Assembly (NCBI RefSeq): GCF_009914755.1
Contig: NC_060929.1
Origin: the human T2T-CHM13v2.0 reference genome, Homo sapiens
Direction: 5' to 3' (one strand)
Length of the DNA: 64,000 nt
Position 1 is the first letter of the stretch; the number at the start of each line of letters is the position of its first letter. Of this stretch, positions 25,968 through 39,650 are shown one piece after another. The translations under genes were made by a program, and so were the position numbers. Below the pieces are notes generated by a model. It ran no database searches. It was not told where the DNA came from and saw nothing but the letters and a program-made list of their open reading frames with translations.

Positions 25968-26191
25968 CTATGCTGTCCTATACGGTAGCCACCAGCAATT
26001 AGCCACTTGTCCCAGCCACTAGCCATAGATGGCTATTTACATTTTAAATTAAAATTAAATAAAACTTAAAATTTAGTTCTGCAGTCACACTAGCCATACT
26101 TCAATTCTCAGGAGCCACAGGTAGCTACCATATTGGACAGGATAGATAAAGAACATTTCTATTGCTGCATGAAGTTTATTGGGCAGCACTG
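25968..26191. mobile_element. MER3-like hAT-Charlie MITE
   Basis: GCTGTCCTATACGGTAGCCAC...GGCTATTTACATTTTAAATT...GTCACACTAGCCA...GCTACCATATTGGACAG...TATTGGGCAGCACTG. Confidence 0.8.
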
Positions 26192-26269
26192 TTACAGAGG
26201 CACCTCTTTATTCAAAGAGAAATGATAACTAGAGAACCAATCCCAGGCTTAGGAATCATAAGAGATGAA

Positions 26270-26480
26270 TGTATAGTGGCAAGGACACAATTTCATAGTG
26301 AGTCCTGGGTTTGAGTCCTGGCTTTTCCACTTATGTAAATTCTACGAACCTTAGTTTCTTTATAAAGTGAGGAAAATAAATTGTATTTATTTTGGAGGAG
26401 TATTCTGAGGACTACAGTGATATATATGAAATACTTAAGGAAGATTCTTATCACATTGTAGATGCTCAATGGCATTAAGT
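26270..26480 (+). mobile_element. MIR SINE
   Basis: GTATAGTGG...CCTGGGTTTGAGTCCTGGCTTTTCCACTTA...GTAGATGCTCAAT. Confidence 0.65.
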
Positions 26481-26554
26481 GCTATCCCTGGTTTCCTGCC
26501 TTGGGGATGAGTTATGCAAAATTTTGCTTTGTCCATACAATCTTCCATACCTAT

Positions 26555-26710
26555 GATAGTCTACGTGTGGTTCAGACTTGTAACTTCAGCATCACCTGGG
26601 AATTAGAAAAGCAGGATCTCAGACTCCACCCCAAAGCTATTAAAGCAGAATTTACATTTTAACAAGACCCCAGGTGATTTGTATGCACATTACAGGTTGA
26701 GGAGCACTTA
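26555..26710. mobile_element. MER5A-like MITE
   Basis: CAGCATCACCTGGGAATTAGAAAAGCAG...CATTTTAACAAGACCCCAGGTGATTTGTATGCACATTACAGGTTGAGGAGCACT. Confidence 0.8.
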
Positions 26711-26985
26711 TTTATTCAACATGATGATCAAAAATTCAAAATAAGTAAACTATGTGACCTACCAAAAATGATTTTGATAGTGGACTATGGAATTCTAACC
26801 ATATCTGAGATGCCTCAGTTTGAAGACAGTGGCTGAGCCTGGCAATGATGGGACCTGGGTCAAGAAGGAGCACCAGGACGGAGACCTCTTCCGTCATTCC
26901 AGCAAGATAACTCCACAAGAAGCAGAAGCTCTCGCCTCCCTGGATGGGGGAATCTGGTGCATCCCCAAATCCTCCCAGGAGGTAA

Positions 26986-27596
26986 GCCATTGCTGCATAG
27001 CAAATTACCCCCAAAAGTTAATGACTTAAACAATAATAAGTTCCTTTAGTAAGAAATCCAGACAGGGCACTGGACCTGAGTCCTCAGCTGGAGGACTTGC
27101 AGGTTGAGGGCTGGAATTATCTGAAGACTCATTTAATCGCATGTGTGGCCATTGATGCTTGCTGTCATTTGGGGGCCTACTTAAGACTGCCAGCTGGAAC
27201 ACCCACCCATGGCCTCCCCTTGTGGCCTAGCCTTCCTCAGATCATGGTGATTGGGCTCCAAGGACAAGCGTTGAGAGAGGGAGAAAGAAAGAGAGAGAGA
27301 AAAGGGGAGAGAGGGAGAATGGAGAGAGATAAGAAAGGGAGAGATAAAAGGAGGGAGGATTAGAGAGAGAGAGCCATATTGCATTCCATGACCTAGCTTT
27401 GGCAGTCATGCAGAATCATTTCTTCCATCTTCCATTGGCCAAGATAGTTACAAAGTTTTGCTTAGGTTGAGAAGAAGGAAACATAGACCCAACCTCTCAA
27501 TAAAGGTAGGTCAACGTCACATTGTAAGAACATTATGTGGAAAGAGATATTTTTGTGATGGCCATATAATTGTGGCCACCTTTCAAATCTACCATA
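26986..27596 (-). mobile_element. MLT1 (G/H-like) LTR with internal GA-rich tract
   Basis: CATTGCTGCATAGCAAATTACCCCCAAAA...GGCTGGAATTATCTGAAGACTCA...GGCCACCTTTCAAATCTACCATA. Confidence 0.75.
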
Positions 27597-28552
27597 CAAA
27601 TATTCTTTTGAGTTCGAGTTATTCCAGATCCGAAGTTGCTACTCCCACCACCATCACTATTAACAACTTCTTATTTAGTGTCTTCCACATGCAGGGCATC
27701 ATATTCTGATTCATATTTATATTACAGCAAGACTGCAGGGAATTCATCTTCCTTTGGTGTACCACGTTCTTGGGAATTCTTACAATTTTTTTCCAGGAAA
27801 AATAGCTTCAAAGCTAGTTTCACTTTTCATTCTATCTTGTTCTTTTGCATTATTTCATTACAGTCAAACTCTTTGACTGTGACATCAAAGGACTTTGAGA
27901 ATAAGTGAATAGGTAAAGATAATGGCTCATTCACTGGTACTAAGTCCCCAGATGGGTTTTTGGTTGCTCAACAGCTTGAGATTCATTGCTAATGGCAAAT
28001 AAAATAATTACAACAAAATGTGTCCATGCATTACAATTTCTGATTTCTACTTTTGGTAGATATCTAACTACCTTACATTTTCAGACTAAAACATTCCTCT
28101 GTGCATTTTCATCTTTATAGTAAAACTTTCTTGGCAAGATTGATCTCAATCTGTTTGGTGGTTCTTATATTAGAGCAGAATCAAGAAAGGGAGAAGAAGA
28201 GATATAGTTTTCTACATATGACAGAATAAAAAATACTAGTGTTTGTTTCTCATTAAAAAAAATCAGAGGCAAAAACTACAATTGGATCTGGCCTATAGCC
28301 ACTCATGCTAAATAATGAAGGAAGGGAAGCATAAGGCAACCGGATATAGACTTGGCACAGACTTGTAGGTTTCTAATTTTGTAGAATCTTCTGTGTTCCC
28401 TTTCACCAGAAAGTCACATTCTAGTTTTGTGTGGTTAGATGCTTTGCCCCATGATAGTCTTTTCTCCCTACCCACCTCCTAATTGCTGTTAACATCTCAA
28501 TGTTCTCAATACTTCCTTCTCCCAGAAACTTCACACATGCTAGTTCACTGCA

Positions 28553-28640
28553 TATGTACACAGTCACACACACACACACACAGCTTATACACAGTCATTC
28601 ACATGCACACACACAATCACTCCTAAGCACATACACATAT
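28553..28640. repeat. CA-rich degenerate microsatellite
   Basis: Read directly from the sequence. Confidence 0.7.
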
Positions 28641-28972
28641 TCTCATGTTAGCCTAGCACAATCCACTTCCTGACTCTGATCACCTGTGCAACTACTTGGC
28701 CATCTCTTCCCTCCCTTGAACACCCCAGCTTCACCCATAAGCAGGAGGAAAACCTTTCATTTTGGGGGACCTATACGATAATAGTGACATTCACATTCAA
28801 GACACTCCCAAAACTCACTCAGAGTCCTGGCTTTTCCAGTGTCAGCAGCATATGACTCCACTCCATTCTTTTCGCTAATCAAGATTATCAGGAAGCAATT
28901 AAGAGTGAAATCTGCATAAGGTTAACCTTGAATTTGTTTTAGTTTCTCTTTAATTTCACAAAATTCTATAAG

Positions 28973-29415
28973 TGTTTTGAATCGAATTGTGTTCCTTAGA
29001 AAGATATGTTGAAGTCCTAACCCCCCATACCGGGGAATGTGATCTTACTTGGAATTAGAGCCTTTGTAGATGTGATCAAGTTAAGATGAAGTTATTTGGG
29101 TAGGCCCTAAACCAGTATGACTGGTCTCCTTATAAGAAGGGGAGAAGACACACAGGCAGGGAAAACGTCACGTTACAATGGAGACAGAGACTAAAGGGAT
29201 GCAACTACAAGCCACACAAAGGATTGCCAGCCACCGCCAGAAGGCAGGCACCAGCAAGGAAGGATCCCACTCAGTGTTTCTCAGAAGGAACATAGCCCTG
29301 ATGACATCTTGATTTCAGACTTACAGATTCCAGAACTGTGAGAGAATAAATTTCTACTGTTTTAAGCCACCTAGTTTATGGTACTTTTTTATGGCAGCCC
29401 TAGAAAACAACTGGA
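28973..29415 (+). mobile_element. MLT1B/C-like solo LTR
   Basis: TGTTTTGAATCGAATTGTGTTCC...AAGATATGTTGAAGTCCTAACCCC...CCAGAACTGTGAGAGAATAAATTTC...GGCAGCCCTAGAAAAC. TSD ATAAG / GTAAG. Confidence 0.88.
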
Positions 29416-29989
29416 GTAAGTATAAATATACTCCTCCTAGTGAGGCTCATGACTGATGAGAAATAAAAATGGAATGTTAGCAAGGGCAAGAGTGGAGAGA
29501 AATCATGGGGGCCAGGCTGGGCGCCTGACGGCTTGTCCTCTGTCCCTCTAGGCCCCCTGAAGTCTGCAGCGTGCAACTAGTTTAGGGACCATATTTGCTT
29601 CAGCTCTTTCAGGAAATGTAAGGTTCAGCTATGACGATCTGTTGCTTATAAAAATATAAATGCTTATGCCTCTGCTCATTTGTGTGTATATTTATTTAAG
29701 TCTTAGATATAGCTGTGTATGTTTTGCATGTTTCTTGTTGAACACTAGTCCATAGAATGTTTTCCTGGTTATAGTGAATTTCCTGTTTTTGATGTCAGCA
29801 TGGCAATTGCTGTAGTTGGTGGTATAGCTTGGGTCTGCTGGTACTACCCCTTTATGTGAATTGGGTGATAAAGATCCATACCAGAAAGAAAAAGACTTCT
29901 TGGAAAGACATAGTCAGAGAGCAGAAAAGCAGCTTCCAAATGAGAAAGGATAATGTATATTAAAAGAGAAGGGAACAGAAGAAAGTTCT

Positions 29990-30172
29990 TATTAATTGTA
30001 TTCACGTATTTCATATATGTATTGCTGTCTAGTCCTAACAATATCCTTAGGCACAGGTATCATGCCCATTGTGGGGGTGAAATTGAGGCTTGGAGAGCTT
30101 AATTGGTCTGCTCAGTCACACAGCTAGTAAATGGGAGAGCCAGGATTTCAGTCCAGTTATGCCTGGCTCTTA
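29990..30172 (-). mobile_element. MIR SINE
   Basis: CCCATTGTGGGGGTGAAATTGAGGCTTGGAGAG...GTCACACAGCTAGTAAATGGGAGAGCCAGGATTTCA. Confidence 0.75.
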
Positions 30173-30404
30173 TTCCAATTTGTAGTGGAAACTCAGTAAC
30201 TATTAGGACACCCTTGAGAAGAGCTGTTCAGACTTATCAGAATCATGGAAGGAAGCTGGATTCTTTGATTACCAACCTGAAGTTGTAAGTAGTCACATCT
30301 TTTTACATTGCATATAATGGCAGTCTTACTTTGATACTTAAGAAGGCTACACCAGGATGCATTGTTGACACATTTTTCTATTGAAAACTAAGATTTAGGA
30401 AATT

Positions 30405-30877
30405 ACAATGGCAATTTGATCACCTTCTTTCATAATAATAGAACCTAAATTTCTAGCTGGGCTCACGGCCATGTTTCTTGGTTTTCTTTGCAACAAGATG
30501 TGTCCATATCACTAATTTCTGACCACTGGGAAATAGAGGGGAGTGTCACGCAGGTTCAGTAACCTTCCTAAAAGAAAGCTGAAGCATACTCTTTGCCCCT
30601 TTCCTCGCCAACCCTCCCTTCACTATGTTGCTGGTAACTTGGATGTGATGACTTGAGCTCTAACCCCCTTATTCGATGACAAAGGTCTTGCTCTAAAGAT
30701 AGCAGAGCAGCAAGTTGAAGAGCCCAAGTCTCTGAGGACTTTGTGAGGACTGGGGTTATTTCAGTCCTGGACTGCCCACCTTCTACTTGCACACAAGAGA
30801 AAAATAAACTAACTTGTTTAAGCTACTAGAACTGGGGACTTTGTTACTTGCAGCCAATGCTAATTCTAACTGATACA
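30405..30877 (+). mobile_element. MLT1J/K-like LTR
   Basis: TAATAGAACCTAAATTTCTAGCTGGGC...AAAAATAAACTAACTTGTTTAAGCTACT...TTGTTACTTGCAGCC...CTAACTGATACA. Confidence 0.7.
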
Positions 30878-31406
30878 GGTTTATCACAGAGGCAGTCAGC
30901 TAATAGCAGAAGGTAGAACAGGGATTGCCATGTTTGAGCAGCTTCCCATATTATGGTGGCTTCTGTCCCTTAAAACACACACACACACACACAGACTTCT
31001 CTGTGTTTTTAGTTGTGTTTTCATAGACTCATCCTCCTCTTCAAAAAGCCTAAAACCCTCAAGTGAAGTATCGGGCACCCAATTCCCATCTTTCGCCAGT
31101 GAAGTCAATAATACTTAAGTTTTATGTTTTTCTCCATTCTTTCACTTTATTTTTCTCAGTCACTATTACTTTTACTTGCACATGCTCTAAAATTTGGTTT
31201 GTCAAACTCTTCTCTCTCTCTGCTCTTTCAAAGCCTTCATTATGCTCCACATGTTCAGAGACGATATAATGCAATACTCTGCCGCTTACTTTTACCTGCT
31301 CCTCATTCTTACTGATGTAAGGCTGATAGATCAGAGGAACAGACCCAAGGGCAAAGGGGAAATGAAATGAAATGCTCTTAAAAACTTACTGGGAAGGTCT
31401 GTCTAA

Positions 31407-31809
<403 letters not shown>

Positions 31810-31960
31810 GTTCTGTCATTTTTGATAAGAATATAAGTCCACTGATCAGGAAACCTCCCTACATCTTCCATATGCTGCCAACACCTCATGGGTGTCTAAT
31901 AAGCAATTAAATAGTCCCAACAATAAGAGAGAAACCCAAATTCTAAAACTCGAATCTTCA

Positions 31961-32038
31961 CAAACCACCATGGCACACGTTTACCTATGTAACAAACCTG
32001 TATATCCTACACATGTACCCTGGAATTTTAAAATAAAG
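31961..32038 (+). mobile_element. Primate L1 (L1PA/L1PB) extreme 3' end, heavily 5'-truncated
   Basis: CAAACCACCATGGCACACGTTTACCTATGTAACAAACCTG...CACATGTACCC...AAAATAAA is the diagnostic L1P 3' terminus. Confidence 0.88.
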
Positions 32039-33021
32039 AAGCAGGTGAAATTAACATTAATAAAGACTCTATTCAACTCCCCCCCACCAAAAAAAAAAAA
32101 AAACCCACTAATCTTCATTTATGACGTTGTATAATTCCTCTAAAGCTATTCTTTAATTCATTTGACAGGGGCTGAAGGAAGCTTGTTACTTAAGCAGGAG
32201 GTGGCCCAGAGGGAAGAACTAGAGAGATGTTGGGGTGGGGATGATGGTGGAGGATGCATTACACACTCTCAGGGCCACCATTACTACCACCCTGGACTCA
32301 CACACAACCCACTCTCTACTGTGAACCAAACTCCACACAAACTTCACCTAGAAGCTCCTGAGCAGCTTCCCTGCCTCTGTGAGTTCCATGGCAGTGTGGA
32401 TGGTGGCACCCACAGCACTTGGTAGGCAAGGAGAGAGGGGATTCTCCAGAGGTCTTCCCCAAGAGGGAACCGCTTCTAAAAGATGGGCCCCAGAACTTCA
32501 GAGAGAGAGAAATTTAGACTTTGTAAAGCCAACTCTTCGAGATATGGGAGTGGACAGGGAAAGGAGGTGTTTCCCTAGAATTGTACTATTTCCTAGTTTG
32601 GTTTAGTCGGTTCTCCACAGCCCACTCTACATAGCCAGGGGATGCAGAGCCATGTCTGCTCCCTGAGGGTTGCACCTACTGTCATTAACCCCACCCAATT
32701 TTCTCACTGAGGAGGTAGTAGAGTGAAGTGAGCCTGTAAGCTGCTGGCTCTTCTTGCTGCTACCTCCAATATGCCCAACAGCAGATGGCCTTCACGGGCC
32801 TGTTGCATGACCCCAGGTCCAGCAAACACATTTCCTCTGTGTCATCAAGGTTTGTCTGGAAGATGAGCTCAATAAATTCTTGATGAAATCCGCCAGCCTA
32901 CTATCAAGATTTGACTGAGACATACTTAACTAGCGTAAACCAACTGCTACTAACAAAAAATTAACTGATGAAAAGTGATGGAAATGAAGGGACTCTGAAG
33001 CAACACGAACTAGTGATAGTC

Positions 33022-33080
33022 AAATAATAGTAATAGCTAATATTTAGTGAGCACTAACTGGGTCAAACATTGTGCTATAT
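33022..33080 (-). mobile_element. MIR, part 1 (split by L1)
   Basis: AATAATAGTAATAGCTAATATTTAGTGAGCACT...TGTGCTA. Confidence 0.7.
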
Positions 33081-34593
<1,513 letters not shown>

Positions 34594-34772
34594 ATTATGC
34601 TATATACTTGTATATCTCAGAGCATCCTTACAAAAACCCTGTGAGATAAGAACTATTATAATTCTCATTTTTCATGTGAGGATACTGAAACCCGAGAAGT
34701 CATGCCCAAGGTTACATGGCTTGCAGTGGTAGAGGTAAAATTTGAACTCACATATTCTGCCCCCAGAGCCTG
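34594..34772 (-). mobile_element. MIR, part 2
   Basis: ATCCTTACAAAAACCCTGTGAGATA...CATTTTTCATGTGAGGATACTGA...TGCCCAAGGTTACATGGC...ATTTGAACTCA. Confidence 0.8.
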
Positions 34773-36745
34773 GTTTCCTATTCACAGGTTCCAAGGATTA
34801 GGACCTAATGTCTTTGGGGGCTATTATTCATCCTATTACAAAGACACAAGTCAGCAAGGGGCCCATGGGGAAACAGTCTCCTGACCAGGTCCCTAGAAAC
34901 TTATACTATCATCCTAGGGAGACAATGCTGCTAAATAATGGCTCAAATTAGAGTGTTATATGTAAAACTGCTATTTAAATGCAATTTATTAAGGTTGTTA
35001 ATATATCTAAGGAAATATAGATTTACTCATCATTCAGCGACTTTGCATCATATAATCATGATTTGTTTTTTGCCTTGAGCAAATAATTTGCCCCAAGCAT
35101 AATTTCAATTTAATTAATGCCATAAAAATGAATGTGAGCATATTTATGGGGAATTAAGTTACAAAATGCTAAATTTAGTATACATTTTCTGAGGCGTGGT
35201 TCATTTGTGACTTCCATTCCTATCGTCTTATGTTTGCACAGCTGGTAACTGTAAATTCAACATGAAAACTGTATTTGAAAATCAGCAGACATTTCACTGA
35301 GGTTGGGGGTGAATTTGTCACTGCTGAATTCTGTGATGATCTACATTCTTAGTTTGTTGACTTTGAGGGGGTGATAATGGCTATATTACTCACATAGGTG
35401 TCTAGTATTGACCCAGCTTGTCATAGTATGAGATACTTGAACCATGTCTAGAAATTTTTTTCTGTTCTAACCACAGAGAGGAACACTGAACTATACCACT
35501 TGCTTAAGGAATGGGTATAACCCTGGCACTGCGGAGGGGGCCCTCTGAAAGTTTATAGTTCAGCTACAGCTCTGGTTAACCTCAAGCTCAGAGGTCTAGG
35601 GAATGTGGAGGCAAAGGATATTACAGAAATCATCAGACCGACCCTCTTTCTGACTATGTTAGTGTTAATGAAGGTTCCAGTTCCCTTCCCTCTCACCCCT
35701 TAGCAGCAGTTAGTGCTTGGCACACTTTTTTCTAATGGCCCAGACAAGGGATTTCAGCTGTAAGAGTGGTCATGTGCAAAGACAGAAAAGCCTTACAATG
35801 AAAAAGCCTGACTGAGTACCTCCTTCTTGGTTTCTGAAAGGCTCAGAATGGCTTGCAACAGAAAATGGATCTTCAGCAGCTGCCCACAAACAAGGTCACC
35901 GACAACAGCAACCAGCTCTCTTCATCAGCCCCTGCCAACCCCACAAAAAGTACATATTCTCCTTCAGAAGGATCCATGAGGCCGCCATTCAATGGCTGAC
36001 AGAAATGGAAAATCGATTCCAGATTCATCTCTGCTGGGAATTAAGTATATTCCTTGGAAATAATGAGTTATGAGGTCATTGAGGGCTTGTTCTTTTCCTG
36101 TTTGCAGAGACATTTTAATTTTAGAAGGAAGAGTGACTAATGAACAGGACATTCTAATTCTGGTGATGTGCTTTTTCCCATTTTAATGTCAGCTGAACCA
36201 CAAAAATGTTGATATTTCTCTCTTCATTACTCCTCATGGTTCAGGAAGAACATTGTCGCCAAAGGGAAAAAAAACTGGGTAACTCCTGATCCCTCCACCC
36301 AGTTTCAAAAGACAAAATAAGGTGCAGCTCTGGTGTCAGCCAGCCTGTTTTCACTGCTCTTAGTGGGGTCATTCTATACACCAGCAGTGTCCCCACAAAA
36401 CGACATTTTCCACACTTTGTCGATAGTAGTGAGATACAAGGAAGACAATGTCATTCAGAACCCAGGACGTTCAACAAGGTGGACAGAAGTTTGAAATGCA
36501 AAAATAAGAAATTCCCTTAGCAAGTCTCTCACCAAGCAGACTCACAGCTCATTCCCTCCCCCAAGTTTATAAGTACCATCTATTGAGTGCCAGCTGTAAT
36601 TCTGATGTTGTTAAAATCCTGTTTACAGGCATTTTCTCATTTAATACTTGTAACAGCCCTGTGATGTCACACAATTAGTAAATTGCAGAGCTGACATTAG
36701 AAATCAGGTAACATAGTCTGTTTTCTTAAACCTTGTGCTCAAATT

Positions 36746-36870
36746 CAGTGGCTCTCAAACTGAAGCCTGCATCAGAATCACCTAGGGGGCTTGTCAAAAC
36801 AAGGATTGCTGGGTCCCACCCCAGAATTTCTGATTCTGTAGATCAGGGGCTCAAACTCTGAGAACCATTG
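36746..36870. mobile_element. MER5A-like MITE, internally deleted
   Basis: CAGTGGCTCTCAAACT...GCATCAGAATCACCTAGGGGGCTTGTCAAAAC...TGAGAACCATTG. Confidence 0.85.
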
Positions 36871-37497
36871 CTCTCATGCCTCAGTATGATCACCCACAAT
36901 CACACTCTTAAAAGGCTACTTATTCAGGGAAGAACTTCAAATACAGAACACTATTCTGACTCCTCCCTTCCCTACTTCCTAAAAGAGAATCTGAGAACAC
37001 TGACTGATGTGCCCAAGGCCAGGTAGGAAAACAGAAAAAATGGAGAGTTAGAGGTCTGTATTTCTCGTGTAACAATGTCCCAGTTTAGATAAAACTTCTT
37101 TACGGTGGCTCAGGACATCCAGGACACACATCCTTAATTGAGGCTCTCTACTTTAAAGTGAATGCCTCCTTCATGTGGGCAGGACTTGATCTTACTGTGG
37201 TGGTTCTCTCCACCATCACAGTCCTAGGGCAGGTTCTCAAAATTTAGAATACTTTGCATTTCTGTGTCTCTTGAGAAACGCTGGCCCCACCGTTTCAACC
37301 CTACAGTGAACTTAGCCACCAAAACAGCTACGACCTCACTACCTGAGTTTGAGTTTTTCTTTCTCTGTGAGGGTGTGTCTCTCTCTGTCTTTCTCTGTCT
37401 CTCCCTGTCTTATGTTATTGCTCACAATTTTCTTATGGATTAGCTAACCATTGGTTGATTCAATAGTAAAGCTGATGCAGTGCAATGAAATGAAATA

Positions 37498-38247
37498 TAG
37501 TCATGTGTCACTTAATGATAGGGATACATTCGGAGAAATGCCTCATTGGGTGATTTTGTCATCATGTGAACATCACAGAGTGAATCTACATAAACCTAAC
37601 CTACTACACACCCAGGCTATATGGTATAGCCTGTTGCTACTGGGCTACATACCTGTATAACATGTTACTGTACAGAATACTATAGGCAATTGTAACACAA
37701 TGGTAAGTATTTGTGGGTCTGACATGGTTTGGCTCTGTGTCCCCACCCTAATCTCATCTTGAATTGGACTTCCATAATTCCCACATGTTGTGGGAGGGAC
37801 ACATGGGAGGTAATTTGAATCATAGGGGCAGTTTTCCCCATACTGTTCTCGTGATAGTGAATAAGTCTCAAGAGATTTGATGGGTTTATCAGGGGTTTCC
37901 GCCTTTGCACCCTTCTCATTTTTCTCTTGCTGCTGCCATGTAAGAAATGGCTTTTGCCTCCTGCCATGATTCTGAGGCCTCCCCAGAGATGTGGAATGAT
38001 AAATCCAATTAAAACCTCTTTTTCTTCCCAGTCTTGGTTTTATCTTTATCAGCATCACGAAAATGGACTAATACAGTTCTAAATAAACATACCTAAATAT
38101 AGAAAAGGTGATTGGTTGTGCTATGATGTTACAATGGCTATGATGTCGTTCAGTAGTAGGAATTTTTCAGCTCCATTATCACCTTACAGGACCACCTCAT
38201 ATATGCAGTCTGTCATTGACTGAATGTCATTATGCGGCACATGACTG
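37498..38247. mobile_element. Tigger3-family (MER7) TcMar element interrupted by THE1A
   Basis: TIRs (T)AGTCATGTGTCACTTAATGA / TCATTATGCGGCACATGACTG with TA flanks. Body CCTACTACACACCCAGGCTATATGGTATAGCC. Confidence 0.85.
37720..38075 (+). mobile_element. THE1A solo LTR
   Basis: TGACATGGTTTGGCT...GATGGGTTTATCAGGGGTTTCCGC (THE1A-type segment)...GGACTAATACA. Confidence 0.9.
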
Positions 38248-38734
38248 TACCTGAAATAGACACAACCGGCACTTTGATTACACTGGGCAAGGAGCTAACA
38301 TGACTCCTCTTCCCCACTCTTCTTCCCTTAATAATAGCCATGTCTTGGACCTTAAACAGCCACTCCTCTCTTCTTTCGCATTCACTTGGGACTGCGAGGA
38401 CTTTCAGAATGGGGTACAACTACACCCAGTGCTGGAGCAGACTTCTGTGGTTTGCCTGAGCCTCTATAACACAAGGGTTCTCATGCCTCCAACGCCCTCA
38501 TGGAGCTATTGTGAGGAGCTGTGCTCCTCAAAGAGGAAGTTTGAAGTGACCAAAGCCTACTTTACTGGTAGACCAAGAATTTTTTTGTTTCAATACTGAA
38601 AAGTCAGAACATAACAAAAATGGGAAATGAGGCTTCAGGTTCTACCTGTCTATATTGAAAGACTCATAGAAAGTTATTTCTTATTAAGAAATTATAAAAC
38701 GAACAGGATTGGCCTAAAACAGTAAAGGGAACCT

Positions 38735-38935
38735 AACCTTTGTGGTTGAATATTCCTATAATATACCAGGCACTGAGTTAGGGGCTTCAGCTATGCTATT
38801 CAATCTAATCATCATCATATCTCCGTGAACTTGGCTTTGCAATTTCAATTTCCATTTCATAGTTGAGGAGGCTGGGGCTAAGAGGTTATGTAATTTGCTT
38901 CAGATCTAATTGAGTCAAGGCTGGAACCCAGAATT
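38735..38935 (-). mobile_element. MIR SINE
   Basis: ATACCAGGCACTGAGTTAGGGGCTT...CCATTTCATAGTTGAGGAGGCTGGGGCTAAGAGGTTATGTAATTTGC. Confidence 0.65.
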
Positions 38936-39105
38936 TTGTTTCTTTTATGGTATATGGCCTTTTTGGAAAGGCACATGGTAAATAAAGATGGCAAAGTGGA
39001 GGAGAAAGATAAGCAACTTAGAAAGGAAAATCAAGAAAGGGTGTATGATGGAAAAATAACAAAGGCATTTACATGGATTATAGAACCAGGGCCTTTAAAC
39101 CCATT

Positions 39106-39165
39106 AAAAAATAAAACATAAAACATAAAAAAATAAAAAACATAAAAAATAAAACATAAAAAACC
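39106..39165. repeat. A-rich simple repeat, (AAAACAT)n-like
   Basis: Read directly from the sequence. Confidence 0.8.
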
Positions 39166-39504
39166 CATTAGCCACAAGGAAAAATGTTTAAATGAAGACA
39201 GATTTGAGAAAGAATGAGAAACGCATAAAAGGTTTTAGGGTAGATCAGAGCACAACCTAAAGCAGGGTAGGAAAGGAGAATGGGCAACAAACACCTGTCC
39301 ATGAACACACTATAACAGAGATACTCAGGGACACCTGATCAAGATGATAGAGTATAGGGATGTGGACAAATATAACTCAAATGGAGTATTTCTTTAGTCT
39401 TGTTAAAAATGAATGGGAAAAGGAAGTGCAAATAAGCATGAGATTATATAAATGGTAAAAACCTTAGAAATGTGTAAAAGAATTAGAAAAATAAATTGCC
39501 AAAA

Positions 39505-39650
39505 GCAGAGAGAAAGCGGGGAGGGAGGGAGAAGGAGTCGGGGAAAGAGGAAGTAGGGAAGGGGGAAGAGGAGGAGGAGGTGAAAAGAGAGTGAGGAGGG
39601 GAGGGGGAAGAGAAGAGGGAAGAGAACAGCAAAACACTGGGGGAGGAACA
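39505..39650. repeat. GA-rich low-complexity tract
   Basis: Read directly from the sequence. Confidence 0.85.

Noticed and set aside
26800-26987. Exon-like segment ending in a strong donor GAG|GTAAGC
   Set aside because: There is no convincing upstream polypyrimidine acceptor, and the peptide resembles nothing I recognise.
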